A stretch of 64,000 nucleotides of DNA from Candidatus Scatomorpha intestinavium. GTDB taxonomy: Bacteria > Bacillota > Clostridia > Oscillospirales > Oscillospiraceae. Location: assembly GCA_018712985.1 (NCBI GenBank), contig DVGA01000048.1, forward strand, positions 2,576 through 66,575, written 5' to 3'. Below, piece by piece: positions 46,551-54,753 of the stretch. The notes below the pieces were generated by a model, which was given only the letters and a program-made list of their open reading frames with translations, made no database searches and had not been told where the DNA came from. How positions within the stretch are numbered: position 1 is the first letter of the stretch; every line of letters begins with the position of its first letter. Made by a program: the position numbers and the translations under genes.

Positions 46551-49202
46551 TTACTTCCTCGCGGCCTTGCGCTGGAAGAACTTGACGATCTCGACGATCG
46601 GGATGATGCAGAAGGCCAGGGCGAGGGCGATGAGGTACTCGTTGAGCTCCACGCTGGTGAAGCCGAAGGCGTTGGCGAGGAAGGGAACCTCGCACACGAG
46701 CGTGGTGGCCACCAGGCTGCCGAGGGCGGCCCAGTTGAGCGTCTTGTTGAAGCCCTTGAGCGTGAGCAGGCTGCCGCGCTGGGAGCGCATGTTGAAGCTG
46801 TGGAAGATCTCGGCCATGCTCATGGTGACGAAGGCCATGGTGGTGCCGTCAGCGCTGTCGGTTATCGTCCAGACGCCGGACTCGATGTAGTGGCCGATGA
46901 AGTAGCTGGCGAGCGTCAGGGCGGAGACTACGAGGCCCTGGTAGGCGATGTCGAAGCCCATGCCTCCGGCGAAAACGCCGGCCTTGGCGTCGCGTGGGCG
47001 GCGCTTCATGATGTCGGCCTCGGCCTTCTCCATGCCGAGGGCGAGGGCCGGGAAGCAGTCTGTAACGAGGTTTATCCAGAGCAGGTGCACCGGCTGGAGT
47101 ATCGTAAAGCCCATGAGCGTGGCGACGAAGATGCTGATGACCTCGCTCATGTTGGAGCCGAGCAGGAACTGTATCGCCTTGCGGATATTGTCGTATATCC
47201 GGCGGCCCTCCTCGACCGCGCCGACGATGGTGGCGAAGTTGTCGTCCGCGAGGACCATGTCGGCGACGTTTTTGGTGACGTCCGTGCCGGTGATGCCCAT
47301 GCCGACGCCGATGTCCGCGCTCTTGATGCTGGGCGCGTCGTTCACGCCGTCGCCGGTCATTGCGGTGACGCAGCCGGCGCCGCGCCAGGCGTTGACTATG
47401 CGGGTCTTGTGCTCGGGCTGCACGCGGGCATAGACGGAGATGTTCCTGAATTCGCGCTCGAACTCCTCGTCGCTCATTGCGTCGAGCTGGCTGCCGGTTA
47501 TGGCCTTCGTTTCGCCGTCGAGTATGCCGAGCTCCTTCGCTATGGCGACGGCGGTGTCGATGTGGTCGCCGGTTATCATTATCGGGCGGATGCCCGCGCC
47601 GCGGCACTCCTCTATGGCGGCCTTGACCTCTGGGCGGACCGGGTCGATCATGCCGGTGAGGCCAATAAAGACGAGGTCGTGCTCGAGGTTCGCGGGGGAG
47701 CAGTCCTCGGGGACGGCGTCCCACTTCCTCATGGACGCGGCGAGGACGCGCAGCGCCCTGTCGGCCATGGCCTTGTTCGCCGCGAGGATCTCTGCCCTCT
47801 TCGCGTCGGTCATGGGGACAACCCTGCCGTTTTCAAGGCAGCCGGTGCAGAGCTTGAGCACCTCGTCCGGCGCGCCCTTTGTGTACTGCACTATGCCGTC
47901 CGCAGTCTTGTGGACGGTGCTCATCATCTTGCGCATGGAGTCGAACGGGGCCTCGCCCACGCGCGGCTCCGCGGCCTTGAGGGCGGGCTTGCCCAGCCCG
48001 AGGCCGTGGGCGTAGTTCACCAGCGCGCACTCGGTCGGCTCGCCGACGGCGGCGCCGTTCTCGTCCTCCTCCGCGTCGGAGCACAGGCTCATAGCCCTGG
48101 CCAGGAGCTTTTCGTCCTCGCCGTAGTGGTCCACGACGGTCATCCTGTTCTGGGTGAGCGTGCCGGTCTTGTCGGAGCAGATTATCTGCGCGCAGCCGAG
48201 CGTCTCCACGGCGGTCAGCCGGCGGATGATGGCGTTGCGCTTGGACATATTAGTAACGCCGATGGAGAGCACGACCGTGACGACGGCCGCGAGGCCCTCC
48301 GGGATCGCAGCGACGGCGAGGGAGACGGCGACCATGAACGACTCGAGTATCACATCGCCGGAGAAGCCGCCGGCGTAGGCGATCTGCACGCCGAATATCA
48401 CAACGCAGATGCCGAGCACGAGCCAGGTGAGTATCTTGGAGAGCTGGCTGAGCTTTATCTGCAGCGGGGTCTGGCCCTCCTCCGCGCGGGCGAGCGCGTC
48501 GGCGATCTTGCCCATCTCGGTGTTCATGCCGGTGTCGGTCACGACCATGCTGCCGCGGCCGTAAACCACGGTGCTGCCCATGTAGGCCATGTTCTTGCGG
48601 TCGCCGAGCGGCACGTCCCGGCTGTCCTTCAGGTCGATGATGTCGATGAACTTGTAAACGGGGACGCTCTCGCCGGTCAGCGCGGCCTCCTCAATCTGCA
48701 AGCTGGCGCTCTCGAGTATGCGCCCGTCCGCGGGGACGGCGTCGCCGGCCTCGAGCAGCACTACGTCGCCGGCCACGAGCTCGGCGGAGGGCACTATCGT
48801 CACCTTGCCGTCGCGCAGCACCTTGCTCGTCGCGGCGCTCATGGCCTGCAGGGCCTCTATCGCCTTTTCGGCCTTGTTCTCCTGATAGACGCCGAGCACG
48901 GCGTTCACGATGACGACCGCCAGTATTATAATGGTGTCGGTGATGCCCTCGCCCTGATAGATACCCGTCGCGGCGCTGATCGCCGCGGCGACGATCAGGA
49001 TGATGATCATCGGGTCCGCCATCTGCTTGAAGAACTGCTTTATCAGCGAGTCCTTCTTCTCCGCTGCGAGCTCATTGCGCCCGTCGCGCTCAAGGCGTTT
49101 TGCCGCCTCGCCGGAGGTGAGGCCCTCCGAAGAGCTGTCCACCTGCCGTAATACCTCGGCGGCGTCCTCGCAATAGTACTTCACTTCATTCCATCCTTTC
49201 AC
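46551..49202 (-). CDS. P-type cation-transporting ATPase (P2A/Ca2+-Mn2+-type)
   Basis: 883 aa with DKTGTLT phosphorylation site, AIPEGLAAV, TGDGVNDAPS hinge and 10 TM helices. The start could instead be the in-frame GTG at 49184, behind AAAGGATGG. Confidence 0.9.
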   Translation of the reverse strand: MKGWNEVKYYCEDAAEVLRQVDSSSEGLTSGEAAKRLERDGRNELAAEKKDSLIKQFFKQMADPMIIILIVAAAISAATGIYQGEGITDTIIILAVVIVNAVLGVYQENKAEKAIEALQAMSAATSKVLRDGKVTIVPSAELVAGDVVLLEAGDAVPADGRILESASLQIEEAALTGESVPVYKFIDIIDLKDSRDVPLGDRKNMAYMGSTVVYGRGSMVVTDTGMNTEMGKIADALARAEEGQTPLQIKLSQLSKILTWLVLGICVVIFGVQIAYAGGFSGDVILESFMVAVSLAVAAIPEGLAAVVTVVLSIGVTNMSKRNAIIRRLTAVETLGCAQIICSDKTGTLTQNRMTVVDHYGEDEKLLARAMSLCSDAEEDENGAAVGEPTECALVNYAHGLGLGKPALKAAEPRVGEAPFDSMRKMMSTVHKTADGIVQYTKGAPDEVLKLCTGCLENGRVVPMTDAKRAEILAANKAMADRALRVLAASMRKWDAVPEDCSPANLEHDLVFIGLTGMIDPVRPEVKAAIEECRGAGIRPIMITGDHIDTAVAIAKELGILDGETKAITGSQLDAMSDEEFEREFRNISVYARVQPEHKTRIVNAWRGAGCVTAMTGDGVNDAPSIKSADIGVGMGITGTDVTKNVADMVLADDNFATIVGAVEEGRRIYDNIRKAIQFLLGSNMSEVISIFVATLMGFTILQPVHLLWINLVTDCFPALALGMEKAEADIMKRRPRDAKAGVFAGGMGFDIAYQGLVVSALTLASYFIGHYIESGVWTITDSADGTTMAFVTMSMAEIFHSFNMRSQRGSLLTLKGFNKTLNWAALGSLVATTLVCEVPFLANAFGFTSVELNEYLIALALAFCIIPIVEIVKFFQRKAARK

Positions 49203-49234
49203 AAGTATGAGAAAAGACCCACAGACAGGCGCTT

Positions 49235-49340
49235 TTCCCTATCCATGAGTCTGGTCCTTTAATGCAAGCCAGGCGGCGCGGCCGCCAGCGTGTTGACTTG
49301 CCTCCGCATATCGTGGGGCGGATGACTACTCCCTCACAAC
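49235..49340 (-). promoter_or_regulatory. candidate yybP-ykoY-like (Mn2+) riboswitch leader
   Basis: The minus-strand leader starts GGGTTGTGAGGGAGTAG, containing the family-typical GGGAGUAG. It has central GC hairpins and ends TTGCATTAAAGGACC. I could not draw the closing P1 helix by eye. Confidence 0.4.
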
Positions 49341-49345
49341 CCGGA

Positions 49346-49374
49346 ATGATATCATCCCCGCGCCGCTTTGTCAA
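49346..49374 (-). promoter_or_regulatory. sigma-A-type promoter of the ATPase leader
   Basis: Minus strand: TTGACA, 17 nt, TATCAT. Confidence 0.55.
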
Positions 49375-49413
49375 GCGCGCGGCGCTATACATTTTGCATC
49401 CGCTGTCCGGCGC

Positions 49414-49442
49414 TTGACGCCGCGGCGGCGCGACATTATAAT
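49414..49442 (+). promoter_or_regulatory. sigma-A-type promoter of the M16 peptidase gene
   Basis: TTGACG, 17 nt, TATAAT. Confidence 0.55.
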
Positions 49443-49488
49443 TATCGAACGAATCAACGCCGTTTATGCGGCGGGCTTGGAGGTCTGC

Positions 49489-50745
49489 ATGTACGACAGG
49501 ATAACGCTCCCGAACGGGGCAAGGGTGGTCTTTGAGCGGATGGATGGCGTGCGCTCCGTCTCGCTCGGCATATGGATCGGCGCGGGCTCGCGCTTCGAGC
49601 GCGCGGAGGAGGGCGGCAGCGCCCACTTTATAGAGCACATGCTCTTCAAGGGGACGGAGAAGCGCTCAGCCGCGCAGCTCGCCGAGGAGACGGACGCCCT
49701 CGGCGGCCAGATGAACGCCTATACCACGCGGGACAACACCTGCTTTTACACCCGCGTGCTGGACACGCACCTCGGCCGCGCGGCGGACGTGCTCGCGGAC
49801 ATGTTCTTCAATTCCCGCTTCGACGAAGCGGACGTGGAGAGCGAAAAGGGCGTGATACTTGAGGAGATCGACATGTACGAGGACACGCCCGAGGACGTCG
49901 CGGCGGAAATGCTGCTCTATAACTGCTTCCCTGGCGCCCTCGGCCGCCCCGTGCTCGGCACGGCGGAGAGCCTCTCCGGCCTCACCGGCGCCTCCCTCCG
50001 CGAGTTCCGGGACAGGATATACACCGCCCCGCGCATCGCCGCCGCCCTCGCCGGCAGCTTCACGGACGCGGACGTGGACTCCATAGCCTCCATCTTCGCG
50101 GCCATGCCCGCGGCGGGCTCCGCCGCGCCCGAGCGCGCGGAATACACCCCGTGCATGGCGCTGCGCGAAAAGGCCGTGGAGCAGAACCAGCTCGTGATAG
50201 GCTTCCCCGGGCTGAAAACGGCCAGCGACGGCCGCTTCGCAATGCAGCTCTTCTCGAGCATCCTCGGCGGCAGCAGCTCCTCCCGCCTGTTCCAGACGGT
50301 CCGGGAGAAAAACGGGCTGTGCTACTCCATATACTCCTTCACCGCCGGCTATGAGGACACGGGGCTCTTCGCCGTCGCCCTCGCAGCGAACCGCCAGAGC
50401 GAGGAGCGCGCCCTGCGCCTCACCGTGGACGAGCTCCGTCGCATCCGGGACGGAGGCGTGACCGCCGCCGAGCTCGACCGCGCGCGCGAGCAGGTCACGG
50501 CCTCCATCCTCATGAGCCTCGAGTCCAGCGCCTCGCGCATGAACCGCCTCGGCTACGGCGAGCTGTTTTTGGGCGGCGCGCTGACGCCGGACGAGCTCAT
50601 CGCGCGCTACGAGGCCGTGACGCTCGGGGACGTTCGGGACATCGCCGGGCGGACGCTGGACTTCCGTCGCGCGTCCCTCTCCGCCGTCGGGCGCGTGTCC
50701 GCGGAGGAAAAATACCGCGAGCTGCTGCTCTCCGGCGAAAAATAG
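49489..50745 (+). CDS. M16 (pitrilysin/insulinase) family zinc peptidase
   Basis: 418 aa from ATG 49489 (SD GGAGG) with the inverted zinc motif HFIEHMLFKG. Confidence 0.85.
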   Translation: MYDRITLPNGARVVFERMDGVRSVSLGIWIGAGSRFERAEEGGSAHFIEHMLFKGTEKRSAAQLAEETDALGGQMNAYTTRDNTCFYTRVLDTHLGRAADVLADMFFNSRFDEADVESEKGVILEEIDMYEDTPEDVAAEMLLYNCFPGALGRPVLGTAESLSGLTGASLREFRDRIYTAPRIAAALAGSFTDADVDSIASIFAAMPAAGSAAPERAEYTPCMALREKAVEQNQLVIGFPGLKTASDGRFAMQLFSSILGGSSSSRLFQTVREKNGLCYSIYSFTAGYEDTGLFAVALAANRQSEERALRLTVDELRRIRDGGVTAAELDRAREQVTASILMSLESSASRMNRLGYGELFLGGALTPDELIARYEAVTLGDVRDIAGRTLDFRRASLSAVGRVSAEEKYRELLLSGEK

Positions 50746-50790
50746 GCCTTGCCGCCGCGCAGTTTATGATATATACTATCGTGTAAGGAG

Positions 50791-51507
50791 ATGATGAGCG
50801 TGAGAAACTCTCTTGGCGAGACATTGACGGCCCTGCGGCGCGAGGCCGGGCTGACCCAGCCCGCGGTGGCCTCCCTGCTCGCCGGGCTGGGGCACCCGCT
50901 CCAGCCCGCGGCCATAAGCAAATGGGAAAAGGGGCAGACCCTGCCCAACGCCGCGCAGTTCCTCGCGCTCTGCCGCATATACGGCGTGCGGGACGTCCTG
51001 AGCGTGTTCCTCGGCGAGCCGGGGCCGCTCTCCGGGCTGAACGGCGAGGGCCGCCGGCTTGTGGAGGGCTATGTCCGCGTCCTGCTGGCCAGCGGGCTGT
51101 ACCCGGCGGACGCCCCTGAGCGGGAAACGCCGCGCACCATTCCGCTCTACCACCTCGCCGCCAGCGCCGGGACCGGCCAGTTCCTCGACGCTTACTCCTC
51201 CGAGCCAATAGACGCCTCCGGCGCGCCCGAGGAGGCGGATTTCGCCGTCCGCATAGCGGGCGACAGCATGGAGCCCGATATAAAGGACGGGCAGACAGTG
51301 TTCGTCCGCTCCCGGGACGAGCTCGAGAGCGGACAGATCGGGATATTCATTTTCCGCGGGGACGCCTACTGCAAGCGCCTGAAGCGGGACACGCACGGCG
51401 CGAGCCTCGTGAGCCTGAACCCCCGCTACGCGCCCATAGAGCTCCCGGATGGGGAGCAGGTGCGCGTCTGCGGCGAGGTCGTGGGGCTCGGCCCCATGGC
51501 GGATTAG
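50791..51507 (+). CDS. XRE-HTH / S24 LexA-like peptidase repressor
   Basis: N-terminal HTH (LRREAGLTQPAVASLLA..ISKWEKG) and a C-terminal S24 domain (AGDSMEPDIKDGQTVFV, catalytic Ser, with CKRLK carrying the Lys). Confidence 0.8.
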   Translation: MMSVRNSLGETLTALRREAGLTQPAVASLLAGLGHPLQPAAISKWEKGQTLPNAAQFLALCRIYGVRDVLSVFLGEPGPLSGLNGEGRRLVEGYVRVLLASGLYPADAPERETPRTIPLYHLAASAGTGQFLDAYSSEPIDASGAPEEADFAVRIAGDSMEPDIKDGQTVFVRSRDELESGQIGIFIFRGDAYCKRLKRDTHGASLVSLNPRYAPIELPDGEQVRVCGEVVGLGPMAD

Positions 51508-52142
51508 CCGCCCGAGCCCGTCTGGCAGAGGTCCCTGACGCAGCAGAGCTCGCACTTCGGCGCCCTCGCCGTGCACACGGCCCTGCCGTGCAGCACCAGC
51601 CGGTGGCAGAAGTCGGAGCTCTTCTCCGGCGGCAGCTCCGCGCGGAGTATGGGCTCTATCTTCGCCGGGTCCTTCACGTTGTCCACCAGGCCCATGCGGT
51701 TTGAAAGGCGGATGCAGTGCGTGTCCACCACCACGGCCCCGGGCGCTTTGAAAACGTCCCCGAGGATGAGGTTGGCGGTCTTCCGGCCAACGCCGGGCAG
51801 CTTTAAGAGCTCCTCCATCGTCCCCGGCACCTTCCCGCCGTGCCTTATCAGCAGCACCTTGGCGCACTCGACGATGTCGCGCGCCTTGGTGTGGTAAAAG
51901 CCGCAGGGCTTCACATAGCGCTCCACCTCCTCCACGTCCGCCTCGGCGAAGGACTCGAGCGTGGGGAAGCGCTCAAAGAGCGCGGGGGTTATCTGGTTCA
52001 CCCGCTCGTCGGTGCACTGCGCCGCGAGCCGGACGGAAAAAAGCAGCTCATAGTCCTTCCCATAGTCGAGCGTGCAGTCGGCAAGGGGATACTCCTCCTC
52101 GAGGCGGGCGACTATGCCGTCTATCTGTTCCTGAGTTCTCAT
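51504..52142 (-). CDS. nth: endonuclease III
   Basis: Has the HhH-GPD motif (LPGVGRKTANLILG) and a C-terminal Cx6Cx2Cx5C Fe-S cluster. Confidence 0.93.
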   Translation of the reverse strand: MRTQEQIDGIVARLEEEYPLADCTLDYGKDYELLFSVRLAAQCTDERVNQITPALFERFPTLESFAEADVEEVERYVKPCGFYHTKARDIVECAKVLLIRHGGKVPGTMEELLKLPGVGRKTANLILGDVFKAPGAVVVDTHCIRLSNRMGLVDNVKDPAKIEPILRAELPPEKSSDFCHRLVLHGRAVCTARAPKCELCCVRDLCQTGSGG

Positions 52143-52209
52143 TTTTCATCACCGTTTGACAGGATATCACATATCCCGACTGATTTCAACGACGGAGGCG
52201 CATAAACGC

Positions 52210-53475
52210 ATGCACAGGCCGCTGGCAGACGAGATACGCCCCTCCACCCTCGACGAGGTGGTGGGCCAGAAGCACATACTTGGCCCGGGCGGGCTGCTCC
52301 GCCGGGTGATAGAATCCGGCGAGGTGCCGAACATGGTGTTCTACGGCCCCTCCGGCACCGGCAAGACCACCGTTGCGAACATAATAGCGAAGCGCACGGA
52401 GCGCTCCCTCCGCCGGCTGAACGCCACCAACGCCTCGCTGAACGACATAAAGGCCATCATCGCCGAGCTGGACACCATGCTCGCCCCCGGCGGCGTGCTG
52501 CTCTATCTCGACGAGATACAGTACTTCAACAAAAAGCAGCAGCAGAGCCTGCTCGAGTTCATCGAGGACGGGCGGATAACCCTCATCGCCTCGACGACGG
52601 AAAACCCGTACTTTTACGTCTACAACGCGCTTTTGAGCCGCAGCACGGTTTTCGAGTTCAAAACCGTCCCGGCGGAGGAGGTGCTCCCCGCCGTCACGCG
52701 CGCGGTGGGCATACTCTCAGAGCGTGAGGGCTTGGCCGTCCGGCTTGAGGACGGCGTGGCAGAACACATCGCCCAAAGCTGCGGCGGGGACGTGCGCAAG
52801 GCCATCAATTCCGTGGAGCTGCTCTTTTCCGCCTCGCCGCGCATCGGCGGCGCGGTGGAAATCTCGCTCGAGGACGCGAAGAGCGCCACGCAGCGCAGCG
52901 CCATGCGCTACGACCGGGAGGGGGACGACCATTTCGACACCCTCAGCGCGCTCATGAAGTCCCTGCGCGGCTCGGACCCGGACGCCGCGCTGCACTACCT
53001 CGCGCGCCTGCTCGAGGCCGGCGACCTCATAGGCGCGTGCCGCCGGCTGCTCTGCTCAGCGAGCGAGGACGTCGGCCTTGCCTATCCCCAGGCCGCGAGC
53101 ATCGTGAAGTCCTGCGTGGACAGCGCGCTGCAGCTCGGATTGCCGGAGGCAAAGCTCCCCCTCGCGGAGGCGGCGCTGCTGCTGGCCACCGCGCCGAAGT
53201 CCAACAGCGTCGTGATGGGCATAGACGCCGCGATGGCGGACGTCCGCGCGGGCAAGGCCGGGCCGTATCCGCGCGAGCTGCAGAACGTACACGCGGACGG
53301 CGCGGGCTTCGAGCGCGAGCAGGGCTACAAATACCCCCACGACTTCCCCGGCCACTGGGTGGAGCAGCAGTACCTGCCGGACAACCTCGTGGGCACTAAG
53401 TATTACCGCTACGGCGACAACAAGACCGAGCAGGCCGCGAAGGCCTACTGGGAGCGCATAAAGGGGGAAAAATAA
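52210..53475 (+). CDS. rarA: replication-associated recombination protein A (AAA+ ATPase)
   Basis: Start is at MHRPLADEIRPSTLDEVVGQ. Has Walker A GPSGTGKTT and Walker B LYLDEI. Confidence 0.92.
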   Translation: MHRPLADEIRPSTLDEVVGQKHILGPGGLLRRVIESGEVPNMVFYGPSGTGKTTVANIIAKRTERSLRRLNATNASLNDIKAIIAELDTMLAPGGVLLYLDEIQYFNKKQQQSLLEFIEDGRITLIASTTENPYFYVYNALLSRSTVFEFKTVPAEEVLPAVTRAVGILSEREGLAVRLEDGVAEHIAQSCGGDVRKAINSVELLFSASPRIGGAVEISLEDAKSATQRSAMRYDREGDDHFDTLSALMKSLRGSDPDAALHYLARLLEAGDLIGACRRLLCSASEDVGLAYPQAASIVKSCVDSALQLGLPEAKLPLAEAALLLATAPKSNSVVMGIDAAMADVRAGKAGPYPRELQNVHADGAGFEREQGYKYPHDFPGHWVEQQYLPDNLVGTKYYRYGDNKTEQAAKAYWERIKGEK

Positions 53476-53664
53476 ATGGACATCCGCGTGGGCGACACGC
53501 TCGTTATGAAAAAGCAGCACCCCTGCGGCTCCGTGCGCTGGCTGGTGCTCCGCACCGGTGCGGATTTCCGGCTCCGCTGCGCCGTCTGCGGTCGGGAGGT
53601 CATGGGCCCCCGCTCCAAGTTCGAGCGGAACGTAAAGGGCATAGAGCGCCCGGCTGAGGAGTGA
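53476..53664 (+). CDS. DUF951 family small protein
   Basis: 62 aa (VGDTLVMKKQHPCGS..W.VLRTGADFRLRCAVCGREVMGPRSKFE), typical of DUF951/YyzM-like proteins. Confidence 0.75.
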   Translation: MDIRVGDTLVMKKQHPCGSVRWLVLRTGADFRLRCAVCGREVMGPRSKFERNVKGIERPAEE

Positions 53665-54695
53665 GCATGGGCGCGAATTTCCTCTTCGACGGCTCCGCCG
53701 AGTCAAAAGAACAGCTCAAGCTCTTTCTGCTGTACAGCGACGAGGGGTTCAAGGTCTCCCCGCCGGTGTACCTGCGCCGCTTTTTCGACGCCTCCTCCGG
53801 CGCGGAAATCGGCAATCTGCGCGACCTGAGGGAATACGAGCGGCAGCTCGACCGGGCCATAGCGTTCGTGCGGGAAAACACGCTCGGCGCTCTCCCTCCC
53901 GGCGGGGAGGAGACGTTCCGCCGCTGTGCCGGCGAAATCGCCGGATACCTCCGGCAGAGCGAGGCGCGGCCCTGCCCCGCGCTCGAGACGGGTGAGGACG
54001 GCCTTACATACGAGGACCTCATCCACCCGGACTTCTTCGACATTTTCGCGTCCGAGCTGAGCCCCGCGCTGCTCGAGACCTTCAAATACCGCGCGTCGCT
54101 GCGCAGCGCCTTCTCCATCATGGCCGTGACGGAACCGGCCGACGACATAGCGGTGACGTCGGCGTGCCGGGAAATCCTCGCCGCGCCCCGCCTCGTCCCG
54201 CCTGCCGCGCAGCGCGAGGCGCTCACGAGCGCGCCCGGCGCCGGCCGGGCGGAGGCGGTACTGCTCCCGCGCTGGGACTCCCTCTCCCTCTCCGACACGA
54301 TGGAGGTCAAGCTCCGCGCGCACGACGAGCTTGAGGAGCTGCGCTTTTGCGTCCGCCGGGCCGTGTCGGCGCAGGGATCCGGCTCGGGAACCCTCGAGGA
54401 CGCCGTAAGGGCCGATATCGAGCCCGCCGTCAGGGCGCTCGAGGGCCGGCTGCGCTCCATGCGCTTCGGCGTCGCGCAGAAGCTGCTCGAGGAGCTGAAG
54501 GCCCCCACGTCCTGCACCCCGCTCGTGCTCGGCCTGGTCACCGACCTGCCGCAGGGCGCGGCGGCCGCGGCCTCGCTCGCGCTGATCGCCGCGGGGACGG
54601 CCCTCGACTACCTGCGCCGGCGCAGCGAGCTGAAAAGCGAGCCGATGTACTATCTCCACCGCCTGCGCCGCCTGACCCGCCGCTCCGGCGGCTGA
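53661..54695 (+). CDS. hypothetical protein with a C-terminal TM helix; no recognisable family
   Basis: 344-aa ORF whose GTG start overlaps the DUF951 stop. It is acidic and helical with coding-like composition. A hydrophobic segment (AAAASLALIAAGTAL) lies near the C-terminus. Confidence 0.55.
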   Translation: MSMGANFLFDGSAESKEQLKLFLLYSDEGFKVSPPVYLRRFFDASSGAEIGNLRDLREYERQLDRAIAFVRENTLGALPPGGEETFRRCAGEIAGYLRQSEARPCPALETGEDGLTYEDLIHPDFFDIFASELSPALLETFKYRASLRSAFSIMAVTEPADDIAVTSACREILAAPRLVPPAAQREALTSAPGAGRAEAVLLPRWDSLSLSDTMEVKLRAHDELEELRFCVRRAVSAQGSGSGTLEDAVRADIEPAVRALEGRLRSMRFGVAQKLLEELKAPTSCTPLVLGLVTDLPQGAAAAASLALIAAGTALDYLRRRSELKSEPMYYLHRLRRLTRRSGG

Positions 54696-54700
54696 AAAAC

Positions 54701-54740
54701 GAAAAACCGCCCCCGTGCCATTCCGGCGCGGGGGCTTTTT
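54701..54740. terminator. bidirectional terminator between the orphan gene and dnaE
   Basis: AAAAACC, then GCCCCCG..CGGGGGC, then TTTTTC. Confidence 0.65.
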
Positions 54741-54753
54741 CGCGGGCCCCGCC

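Noticed and set aside
50791-51507. The XRE-S24 repressor as a marker of an integrated prophage or mobile element.
   Set aside because: There is no integrase, att-like direct repeat, or phage structural or replication gene within at least 10 kb on either side. Its neighbours are housekeeping genes.
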